Below are positions 16,912-25,959 of a stretch of DNA of 64,000 nt, one piece after another. Location of the stretch: positions 60-64,059 of the forward strand of contig JAGVWS010000033.1 in assembly GCA_018304165.1 (NCBI GenBank), written 5' to 3'. Under the pieces are notes generated by a model. That model did no database searches. It was not told the DNA's origin and was given only the letters and a program-made list of their open reading frames with translations. Position numbers and translations under genes: made by a program. Source of the stretch: Candidatus Pacearchaeota archaeon. GTDB taxonomy: Archaea > Nanobdellota > Nanobdellia > Pacearchaeales > GW2011-AR1. Position 1 is the first letter of the stretch. Each line of letters begins with the position of its first letter.

Positions 16912-17184
16912 ATGAGCAAGCTATCCAAAGAAAAGAGGGAGAGAATAATGTCTAATATTCTGTCTCTTCTTTATAATATTTTTCCACAATCTCTCTTTAC
17001 AGCGAAAATAAGTGAGGAAGAAGCAAGAGATGAAGAATTCACAAAGGGCCTCTTAATTGAGCTGGAAAAGAGGGGGCTCGTGAAGGCAATAAGGAAAAAC
17101 CCCCATGGCTCTCCCTACTCCAGAAGGATTAGGTGGACTCTTTCTCCGAGAGTTTATAAGATATATAAAGATAAATTTACTTAG
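16912..17184 (+). CDS. Small basic protein, possible winged-helix DNA-binding protein
   Basis: 90 aa, basic C-terminus; weak wH-like pattern. Confidence 0.3.
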   Translation: MSKLSKEKRERIMSNILSLLYNIFPQSLFTAKISEEEARDEEFTKGLLIELEKRGLVKAIRKNPHGSPYSRRIRWTLSPRVYKIYKDKFT

Positions 17185-17447
17185 AACCTGTCCTTATAGG
17201 CAGGGGTTGAAGGCTTTGTCGTTGATAAAAGGTTTATAACCAACCCTGTGCGGATGACTCTAAATATATAATAAAACATCTCAAAGCAAAGAAATCATAA
17301 GATTTCTGGCATTTAAGATTGTAAAAATAAACATATACTCAACAATCTTAATACATAAAAACTTTTCAAGTTTTTTAGCCTTGACATGTAATCAGATATA
17401 TACTAAAACATCTCAAAGTTTATAAAAAACCAATCTTATCCTTAATA

Positions 17448-18404
17448 ATGGATCCTAAAATAAAAGAGGCCTTTGATAAAGTTAAAGAAGATGTTTACCT
17501 CTTGTCTAAAGAAACTTATAATGTAGGGGTATATCTAGAGTCCACAAGAACAGAAATAAGAAGAGATATAAAAGTAGAAATTTCTCAATCCATAGATATC
17601 ATAAATAATCTCTTAAATGAGAAGCTAAATACGCTTAAAATACAGATAGAGAGACTGAATGACCAAATTCTTTCAGTAATCAATATTACTACATCAACCC
17701 CAACCCCGACACCAACATCAACACAAGCCCCAATTTCCCTCCCCACCCCCACACCCCTCCTCACCCTAACTCCAACACAAGACTTCCAAAAATCAACAAC
17801 TCCAACACATAATCCAACAATCCAACAGTTTCAACAGCCCTTAAAACAGCAAAAAACAGCATTTTCCATAGGAAACGAAGGGGTTCCAACAGACAAACCA
17901 ACAGACAAACCAACAGACAAACCAACAGACAAATATGAACCCCCTTTAGTTAAAACAGCACAAATACCCTCACAAAACATAGTGCCTAAAGAACTAAGAA
18001 TAGTAGAAATAGGTACTACAACAGAAAAAACATTTAATGATATAAATAATAGCATAACTAAAAAAAGAAATGATTTTGATGAAGCCATAAAAATCCTCGA
18101 AAGTTTGGACGGAATAAAGAAAGAAATTCGCCGCAAATTCAAGCAATTGACTTCAATGGAGATGAAAGTTTTTTCCCTACTCTACTCTTTGGAGGAAAAA
18201 GGAGAACTTGTCGATTACAGGCTATTAGCCTCAAAATTAGAACTTTCGGAGAGTTCTATAAGAGATTATATTGGCAGAATTATGAATAAAGGAATCCCCA
18301 TCATTAGAGAAAGAGTAAACAATAAAAAAATCCTCCTTAAAATTTCTTTAGATCTCAAAAAAATAGCAACTCTTGACACAATACTTCAATTAAGAGGATT
18401 ATAA
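17448..18404 (+). CDS. Coiled-coil / low-complexity linker / C-terminal winged-HTH protein (paralog of 18626-19297)
   Basis: N-terminal helical region (AFDKVKEDV...), PT-rich and PTDK x4 linker, C-terminal wHTH (MEMKVFSLLYSLEEKGELVDYRLLASKLELSESSIRDYIGRIMNKG). Confidence 0.5.
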   Translation: MDPKIKEAFDKVKEDVYLLSKETYNVGVYLESTRTEIRRDIKVEISQSIDIINNLLNEKLNTLKIQIERLNDQILSVINITTSTPTPTPTSTQAPISLPTPTPLLTLTPTQDFQKSTTPTHNPTIQQFQQPLKQQKTAFSIGNEGVPTDKPTDKPTDKPTDKYEPPLVKTAQIPSQNIVPKELRIVEIGTTTEKTFNDINNSITKKRNDFDEAIKILESLDGIKKEIRRKFKQLTSMEMKVFSLLYSLEEKGELVDYRLLASKLELSESSIRDYIGRIMNKGIPIIRERVNNKKILLKISLDLKKIATLDTILQLRGL

Positions 18405-18625
18405 GGGCTATAAATCCCCTTTTTAGCTTGTTTAATCCTATAATTTCAATTAAGTAGATATTTTGTATAACGAATATCTTTACAAATTTCTTAGTATATT
18501 CTTGCTTTTTAAACCTTATAAGCTTAAAATTTAAGCTTTTTATATTTTTTCACACTTTCCTTACTTTTCTTTCAAATCTTATTTAATTTTCTTTAATTTT
18601 TCTCTGTTTTTCAGTTAGTGCCCTC

Positions 18626-19297
18626 TTAATCTTCTCTTTCCTGTTCTTTTTTAGTCTTTTTAACTCTCACTTTTACATCTTTTAACAAAATTTCCTTAAC
18701 GGAGTCTGGTATAAAGACTCTCTTTTTACCATTTTTTTCAATTATTTCTTCTATTAAGCTCTCACTTTTCTGTTTTATGCTATTTATCTGTCCTCTTATT
18801 GTTGTTCTTGTTTTTCCCAGCATAGCTGAAAGATCATCATAACTAAGCTTTAACTCCGTGTTTATTAAGACATACACTAATGTTCTTTCCATAGAAGAAA
18901 GTCCTCTTAAAAAATCACTACTTCCACCTGTTTGAACACCTGTTTGAACACCTGTTTGAACACCATAAACAGCTGTTTGTTTGCCTTGAACAGCTGTTGG
19001 TTGCTTAAACACCTGTTTAGAAATTCTTCCTCCAGTCAAAAAAACAAAATTTTTTACAGAAATTAAATCCTGCTCTACCGACGATAAACGCAAATCCATC
19101 TCATCAAACCTTTTTTCAGTGTTGTTGTCTGCCTGTTTAAGGTGTTCAAGCCACTTAGAAACACTCTTTATATCTTCTTTAACAATTTCAAAAGCATTCC
19201 TGGTATCTGTTTTTACCCTTTCAACCTCTTTTTTCCTGCCAAAGAGCCATCCAAACATGTTCTCCCTTACATAGCCTTCTTTATAAACCTTTTCCAT
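18626..19297 (-). CDS. Coiled-coil / Q-T-G-V repeat linker / C-terminal winged-HTH protein (paralog of 17448-18404)
   Basis: Same architecture as the 17448-18404 protein (AFEIVKEDI..., C-terminal MERTLVYVLINTELKLSYDDLSAMLGKTRTTIRGQI). The linker is encoded by ctgtttgaacacc repeats. Confidence 0.5.
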   Translation of the reverse strand: MEKVYKEGYVRENMFGWLFGRKKEVERVKTDTRNAFEIVKEDIKSVSKWLEHLKQADNNTEKRFDEMDLRLSSVEQDLISVKNFVFLTGGRISKQVFKQPTAVQGKQTAVYGVQTGVQTGVQTGGSSDFLRGLSSMERTLVYVLINTELKLSYDDLSAMLGKTRTTIRGQINSIKQKSESLIEEIIEKNGKKRVFIPDSVKEILLKDVKVRVKKTKKEQERED

Positions 19298-19379
19298 TAT
19301 TTTTCTTTACCGTCGATAAAAATGGATAAAATTGATATATTTTTTGCAGGTTTTTATGTTTTCTAAACTCTTAGGGATG

Positions 19380-19760
19380 TGTTGGAATGACTCCAACACA
19401 TGGCTGTTTAAACACCATTTTTGTGTGATTTTGACTCTTAAACAGCTGTTTAAACACCTATAAACACCTATAAACACCTATAAACACCCCTAAACAGCAT
19501 TTAATAGCTGTGATGTTATCCTTAAAATTCCCATAAACATCTTTTCTTCACAATATCCTCACTATCTTTATCTTAATTTGTCTTAATTTTGCCTGAAATT
19601 TTTTAAAAGTAGATTAAAAGCAGACTTGTCGTCGGCAAATTTTTATTCCCACCAAAGATTATTTAAACACCTCAACGTTCTTAAAAATACCCTGTTCTGA
19701 GATAGTTTTAAATACTCATTATTATTTATTCTATTTAGGGGGTGTTTAAAATGGCTAAGT
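19380..19760. promoter_or_regulatory. Array of palindromic GGTGTTTAAACACC-type sites and a GTGTTGGA-n5-TCCAACAC palindrome upstream of the wHTH gene
   Basis: ctgtttaaacacc at 19397 and 19447; ctataaacac x3 at 19456-19485; gtgtttaaa at 19669 and 19743; perfect inverted repeat gtgttggaatgactccaacac at 19380. Confidence 0.45.
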
Positions 19761-19909
19761 TAACTGCCTGGTTGATGACTCTCATAGGAGTTTTATGGGT
19801 TCTTCCATTACTCGGGCTCGATATTGGAGCGGTTATCAGCAACTGGCTAATAGCTCTTTCATTCCTAGTAATAGGTGTGAGCAAGCTAATGAGGAATTAC
19901 AAGAAGTAA
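19751..19909 (+). CDS. Small membrane protein (52 aa, 2 TM), paralog of 20174-20314
   Basis: Below the ORF-track cutoff. MAKLTAWLMTLIGVLWVLPLLGLDIGAVISNWLIALSFLVIGVSKLMRNYKK; stop verified at 19907-19909. Confidence 0.45.
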   Translation: MAKLTAWLMTLIGVLWVLPLLGLDIGAVISNWLIALSFLVIGVSKLMRNYKK

Positions 19910-20044
19910 TCCTCTTGCGAAAGTTGTTTTTTGTTTTTGATTAAAACTTTTGACGCAGAAAAAGATGTGTAGGAAAAGATACGTAGAAAGGGCTTGAGCT
20001 TCATATGATGCAATGATAGCTTTTACAACAGCAAAACAACTATA

Positions 20045-20142
20045 TTAATTGAGATACATTAATTGAGATACATTAATTGAGATACATTAATTGAGATACA
20101 TTAATTGAGATACATTAATTGAGATACATTAATTGAGATACA
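20045..20142. repeat. 14-bp tandem repeat x7 (ttaattgagataca)
   Basis: Perfect tandem copies seen directly, immediately upstream of the small membrane protein gene at 20174. Confidence 0.8.
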
Positions 20143-20173
20143 AGTAGAGGAAGTAATTGAGAGGAAATAAATA

Positions 20174-20314
20174 ATGGTAACAATAAATCTCGCAATCTCG
20201 GGCATCCTAGCCATTCTTGTCGGGCTTTTAATCCTGATTGTTCCGCGTTTGCTGAGGTGGGCCATAGGGTTATATCTGATAATCGTAGGAATTCTAAGCT
20301 TCATACCTATGTAA
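20174..20314 (+). CDS. Small membrane protein (46 aa, 2 TM), paralog of 19751-19909
   Basis: MVTINLAISGILAILVGLLILIVPRLLRWAIGLYLIIVGILSFIPM. Overlaps the antisense ORF 20101-20433, which is probably spurious. Confidence 0.45.
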   Translation: MVTINLAISGILAILVGLLILIVPRLLRWAIGLYLIIVGILSFIPM

Positions 20315-20477
20315 GAATCAAATCGGGTTGAATCTTTTAGTTTTTGCTTAAAACTTTCTGCATGAATAAACTCTGTAAAAAGCCGGCCAAAAACGACTAA
20401 AAATCGCCAAAAAGATGAGCTTTTTGATAACATTGTAGTATAGAAATAGTTAAAAAGTATTCCAATCTATCTAATCA

Positions 20478-20768
20478 ATGGCCTACAAACCTTTCAATAT
20501 ACCTCGGCCAAACAAAGATACCTTAAAAATTGGCGACTATGTTATTGGGTTAAAAGACTCTACTAATTCTGATATTGTCAAGATTGAGAGTGTAGAAAGA
20601 GATAAATTTAGTTACGTTGATTTAGAAGGCAACAGGCACTTTATAAATTATGTACGCGCTGGAGCCAGGCACAGTCCTCCAGTAATCTTTATGAGGATTC
20701 ATGGAACTGGCTTAGAGGTTGTTGCAGCCTCATTATGGCTCAATGAGGAACTTGAAAAACTACTTTAA
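20478..20768 (+). CDS. Hypothetical protein
   Basis: ORF with no recognised motif. Confidence 0.3.
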   Translation: MAYKPFNIPRPNKDTLKIGDYVIGLKDSTNSDIVKIESVERDKFSYVDLEGNRHFINYVRAGARHSPPVIFMRIHGTGLEVVAASLWLNEELEKLL

Positions 20769-21127
20769 ATCTTTCTATCAACGCTTAAAACTTCCTACAT
20801 AAATCACAAAGAGGCAAAGAGGGCTAATAAACAACTTAATAAACAACCCAATAAACCTTGAAAAACCCTCTAAAGTTTGCACAAGGTTTATTGTGCATAC
20901 ATTAGTTTTTGATGGTTTTTGATGATATCGTCCCTTACATTATCTTACGGAGCTCTACTTTCCTCTATTAATCACTTAATAGCGGCTCGCTAAACAAATT
21001 ATAATCTCTTTAAAATACTATAACCTTGCAATGATTGTGTCCACTTACAACCTTCAGGTTATATACCATTATATTATGAGTGTTTAGATTAGATAATTCC
21101 TGATGCCTAAATTCTTTTATATCCTCT

Positions 21128-22000
21128 TTGCTGTCACTACTCATGCCTTTAGAGATTATTCTGCCAAGTTTCTATGAAAGCTCAAGGAATTCTAAAGATA
21201 TTATAATCTCAATTCTTACCAGGAACCACCCATTAAGTATAAAGAAAGTTTACAACAAAATGAGGTCCGGCCACAAATATGGAGGTACGTTTCAGTCAGT
21301 TTTCAAGAGCATTAAAGAGCTTCAGTTACAGAATATCCTAATGCGGGCAGGAAAAGAGTATTCCCTCAATCCAAACTGGATTGAAAAAATAAGAAGCTTT
21401 GCTAATGAACTGCATAGAGGTTACTTTGAGCCGATAAACAAAGAGGAAGCAGATATCAGCGAGATGTCTCTTAAGAAGGAAGTCCACAAATTTGAATTCA
21501 ACAACCTCTCTAATCTATATTTTTTTGTTAAGAATATAGAGAAGAGTTACATAGACAATTCGCAGGGAAAAAAGAGATGTCTGTGGATAATGTCTCATTA
21601 TTGGCCTACTTTTCTATTTCCTCATGAAGAGCATGACAGGGGCATATTCCTCAGCTCAAAGAAAGTCAATTATTATATCACTCACAAGTCCGAAAATGCA
21701 TTGGACAAATGGGCGCTGAAGATTTTTTCCGGAAAGGGAGTTAATATTCTCTGTAAAGCAGGCATTTCAGAGCGTTCTGATGTAGGTGTATATGGAGATT
21801 GGGTGGTTGAAGTTTACTATTCGGAATCTTTTAAGAATATTCATAAATATTTCAGGGAAGTTTCAAATATTTCAGAGATAGATTTAAGCAGTTTTATCGG
21901 AGATCTAAAAAAAGATTACAAGATTGTAGTAGTCATGCACAAAGATAAATTTGTAGCAGATCAAATCTGGGATTCCATATATAAAAAAATATTAGCTTAA
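21128..22000 (+). CDS. Hypothetical protein with possible N-terminal wHTH
   Basis: N-terminal region (IISILTRNHPLSIKKVYNKMRSG) resembles a wH fold. The 3' end of the gene is tandemly duplicated at 21961-22075. Confidence 0.3.
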   Translation: MLSLLMPLEIILPSFYESSRNSKDIIISILTRNHPLSIKKVYNKMRSGHKYGGTFQSVFKSIKELQLQNILMRAGKEYSLNPNWIEKIRSFANELHRGYFEPINKEEADISEMSLKKEVHKFEFNNLSNLYFFVKNIEKSYIDNSQGKKRCLWIMSHYWPTFLFPHEEHDRGIFLSSKKVNYYITHKSENALDKWALKIFSGKGVNILCKAGISERSDVGVYGDWVVEVYYSESFKNIHKYFREVSNISEIDLSSFIGDLKKDYKIVVVMHKDKFVADQIWDSIYKKILA

Positions 22001-22232
22001 AACATAAATGGTATTCCATATATAAAAAAATATTAGCTTAAAACATAAATGGTATTCCATATATAAAAAAAAATTTATCATGGTAATTCAACTTTTTAGT
22101 TTACTGAATTAAACATTATAGTTTAATGAGTTAAATAAATCTCTTTAATTTCCATTAAACCTCATCTTTATTACTTATTTTGTCCACTTAGACTCAGCAA
22201 AAAACGGATGTTTATTAAAAGGGTGATGATTT

Positions 22233-24101
22233 ATGGGGATAAATTTTTTCAAAAAACCATGGTTTATAATCTTGGCTGTAGTTGTTTTGGTAATTCTCTT
22301 CTTAGTCATTGCATATGCAAGCGGCTCTAAAGTGGTTAATGAGCCTGAGATTCAATGGGTATCTCATACAGAGTACTGGAGCGGAGGCGATGCTTCTACT
22401 ATAGTGAGGCTGGTAGATTATAAGGGAAGGCCGATTGAGGGTGCTGCATGTACAGCAAGCATATTCAGGCCCGATGGAAGTATTTTTGTAAGCGGGCAGC
22501 CCATGCAGGCTTCTGCAATTGCGGGCAATTTTGAGAGAAAGGACTCGCTGGGAGGGCAGCCCGTCGGAACATACCAGCAGGAAGTAACATGTGTCTATGG
22601 AGGAAATACTATCAGGACTTCGGAGTCGTTCCATGTAAATCCCGCTCTTGAGAATATCAGAGAAGCAACGACTAATTTGTCTTTGTTAAGAAATGAGTTG
22701 AGCAACGTTAATATTTCAGTAAGCGCTCTTGTAACTTCCACAGGAGAGAGCATCAATCTCAAAATAGATTCAACGAGAACAAACCTCACTGAATTGATGA
22801 GGGCTGTTGAAAGCAGCATAATCAGCGATATAGGCAGCACTAAAGCCAATCTAACAACGCAGTTGAGCAGTATTAATGTCTCTTTAAGCGGAAACATTGC
22901 AGATACCCGTGCAGCTGTAACAACACAGCTCTCAAATGTTAATGCAAGCATAACTAACTTAATTACCAATACACTTCAGCCGGCGCTGGAAGCAAAGATA
23001 GAAGAGCAGATAGCAATTCTTACCACTCTTCTTAATAATGTTAATGCCTCAATAACTGCTACTGTAACTTCCACAGGAGAGAGCATCAATTTAAACATTG
23101 ACATGACAAGAACCACTCTCTCTGGCCTTCTTGACACTGCAGAATCCAATGTAATGAGCAACATTGACACGACGCGGGCGTCTTTAAGCACTCAATTAAG
23201 CAATGTCAACATCTCCTTGACAAGCAATCTGGCAAATACAGAAAACAGAATTTCCACACAGCTTTCAAATGTTAATGGGAGCATAAGTACTTTAATTACC
23301 AATACACTTCAGCCGGCTCTTGAAGCAAAGATAGAAGAGCAGATTGCATTGTTAATGGCTCAGATGAGCAACATTAATGCTTCCTTGACAGCAGTTGTGA
23401 CTTCTACAGGAGAGAATATTAATTTGAACGTTGACACGACAAGAACAAGCCTGACAAACACTCTGAACAGCGTCGAGACAAATGTTCTTAACAGCATTAC
23501 AAGCACACAGGCAAATCTTGGAACTCAGCTAAGCAATATTAATGTATCTTTGACAAACAATCTTGCCAGCACTCAAAACGTTCTTTCAACACAGCTCTCT
23601 GTGGTAAATACAAATATAAGCAGCTTAATTACAGACACTCTCAGGCCGGGGCTCGAGTCTTTAATGAACCAGCATTACAACAACTTAAGCACAGCGATAA
23701 CAAATGTTTATACAGATACACAATGGCTTGTTTCCAATTCTATGAATCAGCAGGATATGGCGGAGATATCAGGCAGGTTTGACAGCATTGACTCCAACCT
23801 TGCGGTGATAGAGGCATTTTGCGGAAATCCGGAAACCACAAACTCTGCTCTTTGTAATGAACTGGACACAATAAACGCCGCCATAGACACTCTTCAGTCT
23901 GAGCAAAACACAAGGCTTAGTGAGATAAATGCCACAGTCTCAAACACGTGGGAATTGCTGAGCGGAACAATCACAGACAACATAAACACCATCCTGGTAG
24001 ATTTGAACATTATAAAGTCAAGGACAGGAGAAATTAATACAACTGTTTACTCAATAAAAGAAACTGTAGAGAGCGCAGTAGATATAAGAGTGATATCTTA
24101 A
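22233..24101 (+). CDS. Membrane-anchored surface protein with three long internal repeats of about 115 aa (Ser/Thr/Asn-rich)
   Basis: N-terminal TM, then repeats LSNVN(I/A)S...TSTGESINL(K/N)ID.TRT.L...QLS.VN.S...LITNTLQPALEAKIEEQIA. Antisense ORFs 22302-23191 are repeat artefacts. Confidence 0.55.
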   Translation: MGINFFKKPWFIILAVVVLVILFLVIAYASGSKVVNEPEIQWVSHTEYWSGGDASTIVRLVDYKGRPIEGAACTASIFRPDGSIFVSGQPMQASAIAGNFERKDSLGGQPVGTYQQEVTCVYGGNTIRTSESFHVNPALENIREATTNLSLLRNELSNVNISVSALVTSTGESINLKIDSTRTNLTELMRAVESSIISDIGSTKANLTTQLSSINVSLSGNIADTRAAVTTQLSNVNASITNLITNTLQPALEAKIEEQIAILTTLLNNVNASITATVTSTGESINLNIDMTRTTLSGLLDTAESNVMSNIDTTRASLSTQLSNVNISLTSNLANTENRISTQLSNVNGSISTLITNTLQPALEAKIEEQIALLMAQMSNINASLTAVVTSTGENINLNVDTTRTSLTNTLNSVETNVLNSITSTQANLGTQLSNINVSLTNNLASTQNVLSTQLSVVNTNISSLITDTLRPGLESLMNQHYNNLSTAITNVYTDTQWLVSNSMNQQDMAEISGRFDSIDSNLAVIEAFCGNPETTNSALCNELDTINAAIDTLQSEQNTRLSEINATVSNTWELLSGTITDNINTILVDLNIIKSRTGEINTTVYSIKETVESAVDIRVIS

Positions 24102-24141
24102 TCCTAAAAATCAATTATATTTATCCTGATCCTTACAAAAT

Positions 24142-24891
24142 GTGCATGGGATGGAATATTACGACAGAAAAAATGAAAGAGTAAAAAATATCTTAAAATA
24201 CTTAGTCATTGCTATAATTCTTGCTGGTTTTATTTTTTCTATGTATTATTTTTCTGACAGGATCTTGTTTAGTCCCAATGAGCCAACACTCAAAATGGTT
24301 TCCGGAACAGAGTATATAAGCTCTGAAGAAGGCCAGATAATCGTAAGGCTTGCGGATTACCAGGGAAATTCTATTGAAGGAGCAGATTGCGTAGCCTCAG
24401 TTTTATACCCCGATAAATCTTATTTCTTTATAGACAGAATAATGTATTCAACTACAGTTCCTGGCAATTATTATACAAGCTTCACAACTCCATCGACATC
24501 AGGAGTATATGAAGAGCATATAAGCTGCATTATAAGGGATGGAGACTCATTCAGGACAATAAAAGTATCATCATCTTTTCATGTTTCAGAAGGGCTGAAT
24601 ACTGTTTTGGAGATATCACGATCCCAAAGAGAGCAGTACACAGATATAGTCGGCAGGATAAATACAATAAATTTAAGTTACAATGAATTAAATGAAAGAA
24701 TTGACGGACTTAATGATTCCATACAAAACCAATTTTATCTCTTCTATGAAAGCTTCGGGGCTGCAACTCAAGCCATGGCAGACGTTTTAAGAGCAGCAGG
24801 AGGCAACAGGACTTTTTACTTGCCCCCCCAGCAAAACGGCTCGGGAGAATCAAACAACTCTCAAAATAATGCTTCTAACAGCTCTGGCTGA
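24142..24891 (+). CDS. Membrane-anchored surface protein, paralog of the N-terminal domain of 22233-24101
   Basis: SGTEYISSEEGQIIVRLADYQGNSIEGADCVASV compared with SHTEYWSGGDASTIVRLVDYKGRPIEGAACTASI. Asn/Ser-rich C-terminus. Confidence 0.5.
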   Translation: MHGMEYYDRKNERVKNILKYLVIAIILAGFIFSMYYFSDRILFSPNEPTLKMVSGTEYISSEEGQIIVRLADYQGNSIEGADCVASVLYPDKSYFFIDRIMYSTTVPGNYYTSFTTPSTSGVYEEHISCIIRDGDSFRTIKVSSSFHVSEGLNTVLEISRSQREQYTDIVGRINTINLSYNELNERIDGLNDSIQNQFYLFYESFGAATQAMADVLRAAGGNRTFYLPPQQNGSGESNNSQNNASNSSG

Positions 24892-24901
24892 TAATATTCT
24901 G

Positions 24902-25235
24902 GGACGTTATAATAATTATTCGCGTCGATAAGTTACTTTGAAACCAGAAGTGATTAACTGATAACATATAAAACAATAATTAGCGTCGATAAGTTACTTT
25001 GAAACCAAGGAATCAAGGATAATTAACTAATATTAATTGATAAACTGCAAAACATAAAACGCTGCTCTAATCTGAATGTATGATTCAACACTATTGATAA
25101 ATCTCTAATAAGCTAATATCTGAATGTATGATTCAACACTATTGATAAATCTCTAATAAACTAATTTATTATTATAAGAACTATTGCGATAGATATATTA
25201 AAAATTAGTGCGGAATTTACCTAATCACCTATAGT
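24902..25235. repeat. Mosaic repeat region homologous to 55480-55735
   Basis: Both carry ataagttacYttRaaacca...aattaactgataa x2, a 47-bp direct duplicate (25071/25120), and the module TTAGTGCGGAATTTASCTAATCAC. Confidence 0.55.
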
Positions 25236-25420
25236 GAAAGACATAATTCTTTCCCTAAATAGCCAATGACAAATCAGGGAAATATTAAAGTCCTTGGCTA
25301 TAATGTTAATATTAATCAGATATTAAGTATAAGCAAGCAAAGTATAGCATCTATCCTCGTCAATAACATAGCAGCCTTATCGTATCAAAAACTCGTCTTA
25401 GTCATCAAAAATGTTAATCA

Positions 25421-25641
25421 TCAAGGATGTTAATCCTTGACTGCGCTCAAGAATTGTAAATTCTTGACGTTTTGAATGTGCTCAAGAACTAATGTTCTTG
25501 ACATTTTGAGCATACTTATAACGAGAGACCAAAATATTTCACCATGTTTTTTGTTCTCTCGAATACAGCAACAGACAAAATGGTCAAATATCTAAGTCTG
25601 TTGCCGTAAGATGCAAGCTCCAGCATCTTGATTATGCTGGC
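25421..25641. repeat. Hairpin array (GCTCAAGA-Nn-TCTTGAC units x3) followed by an inverted copy of the 1795-1940 structured element
   Basis: Units tcaaggatgttaatccttgac, tcaagaattgtaaattcttgac, tcaagaactaatgttcttgac with compensatory inner-stem changes. 25517-25606 is the reverse complement of segments of 1795-1920. Confidence 0.6.
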
Positions 25642-25928
25642 GTCTTCACTACAATGTCTTCCCTGCTTTTTCTGGTCGTTTCATCAACCCATGTTGGAGG
25701 CCCGCCCCTCATTCTTTGGAAAACAGCTTCATACACAGGGCAATTTCCTTTAAGTATTGTGCATAATACTTTTCCTTCATTTTCTCCGGAACAATCTCCG
25801 ATGCCATCATCGCAATTAAAATTATAAGGGGTAATCATATCACCCCTTTTGGCATCAGCAATACTAGCTACTTTATGGAACCTTTCACACTTAACAGTAT
25901 ATATCACAGCCATATTACATAGAAGCAA
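25632..25928 (-). CDS. Small Cys-rich protein of unknown function
   Basis: Seven Cys in 98 aa (CDDGIGDCSGENEGKVLCTILKGNCP). Confidence 0.3.
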   Translation of the reverse strand: MLLCNMAVIYTVKCERFHKVASIADAKRGDMITPYNFNCDDGIGDCSGENEGKVLCTILKGNCPVYEAVFQRMRGGPPTWVDETTRKSREDIVVKTPA

Positions 25929-25959
25929 GTATGGTATTTAATCATTTATGTCCTGAAAA

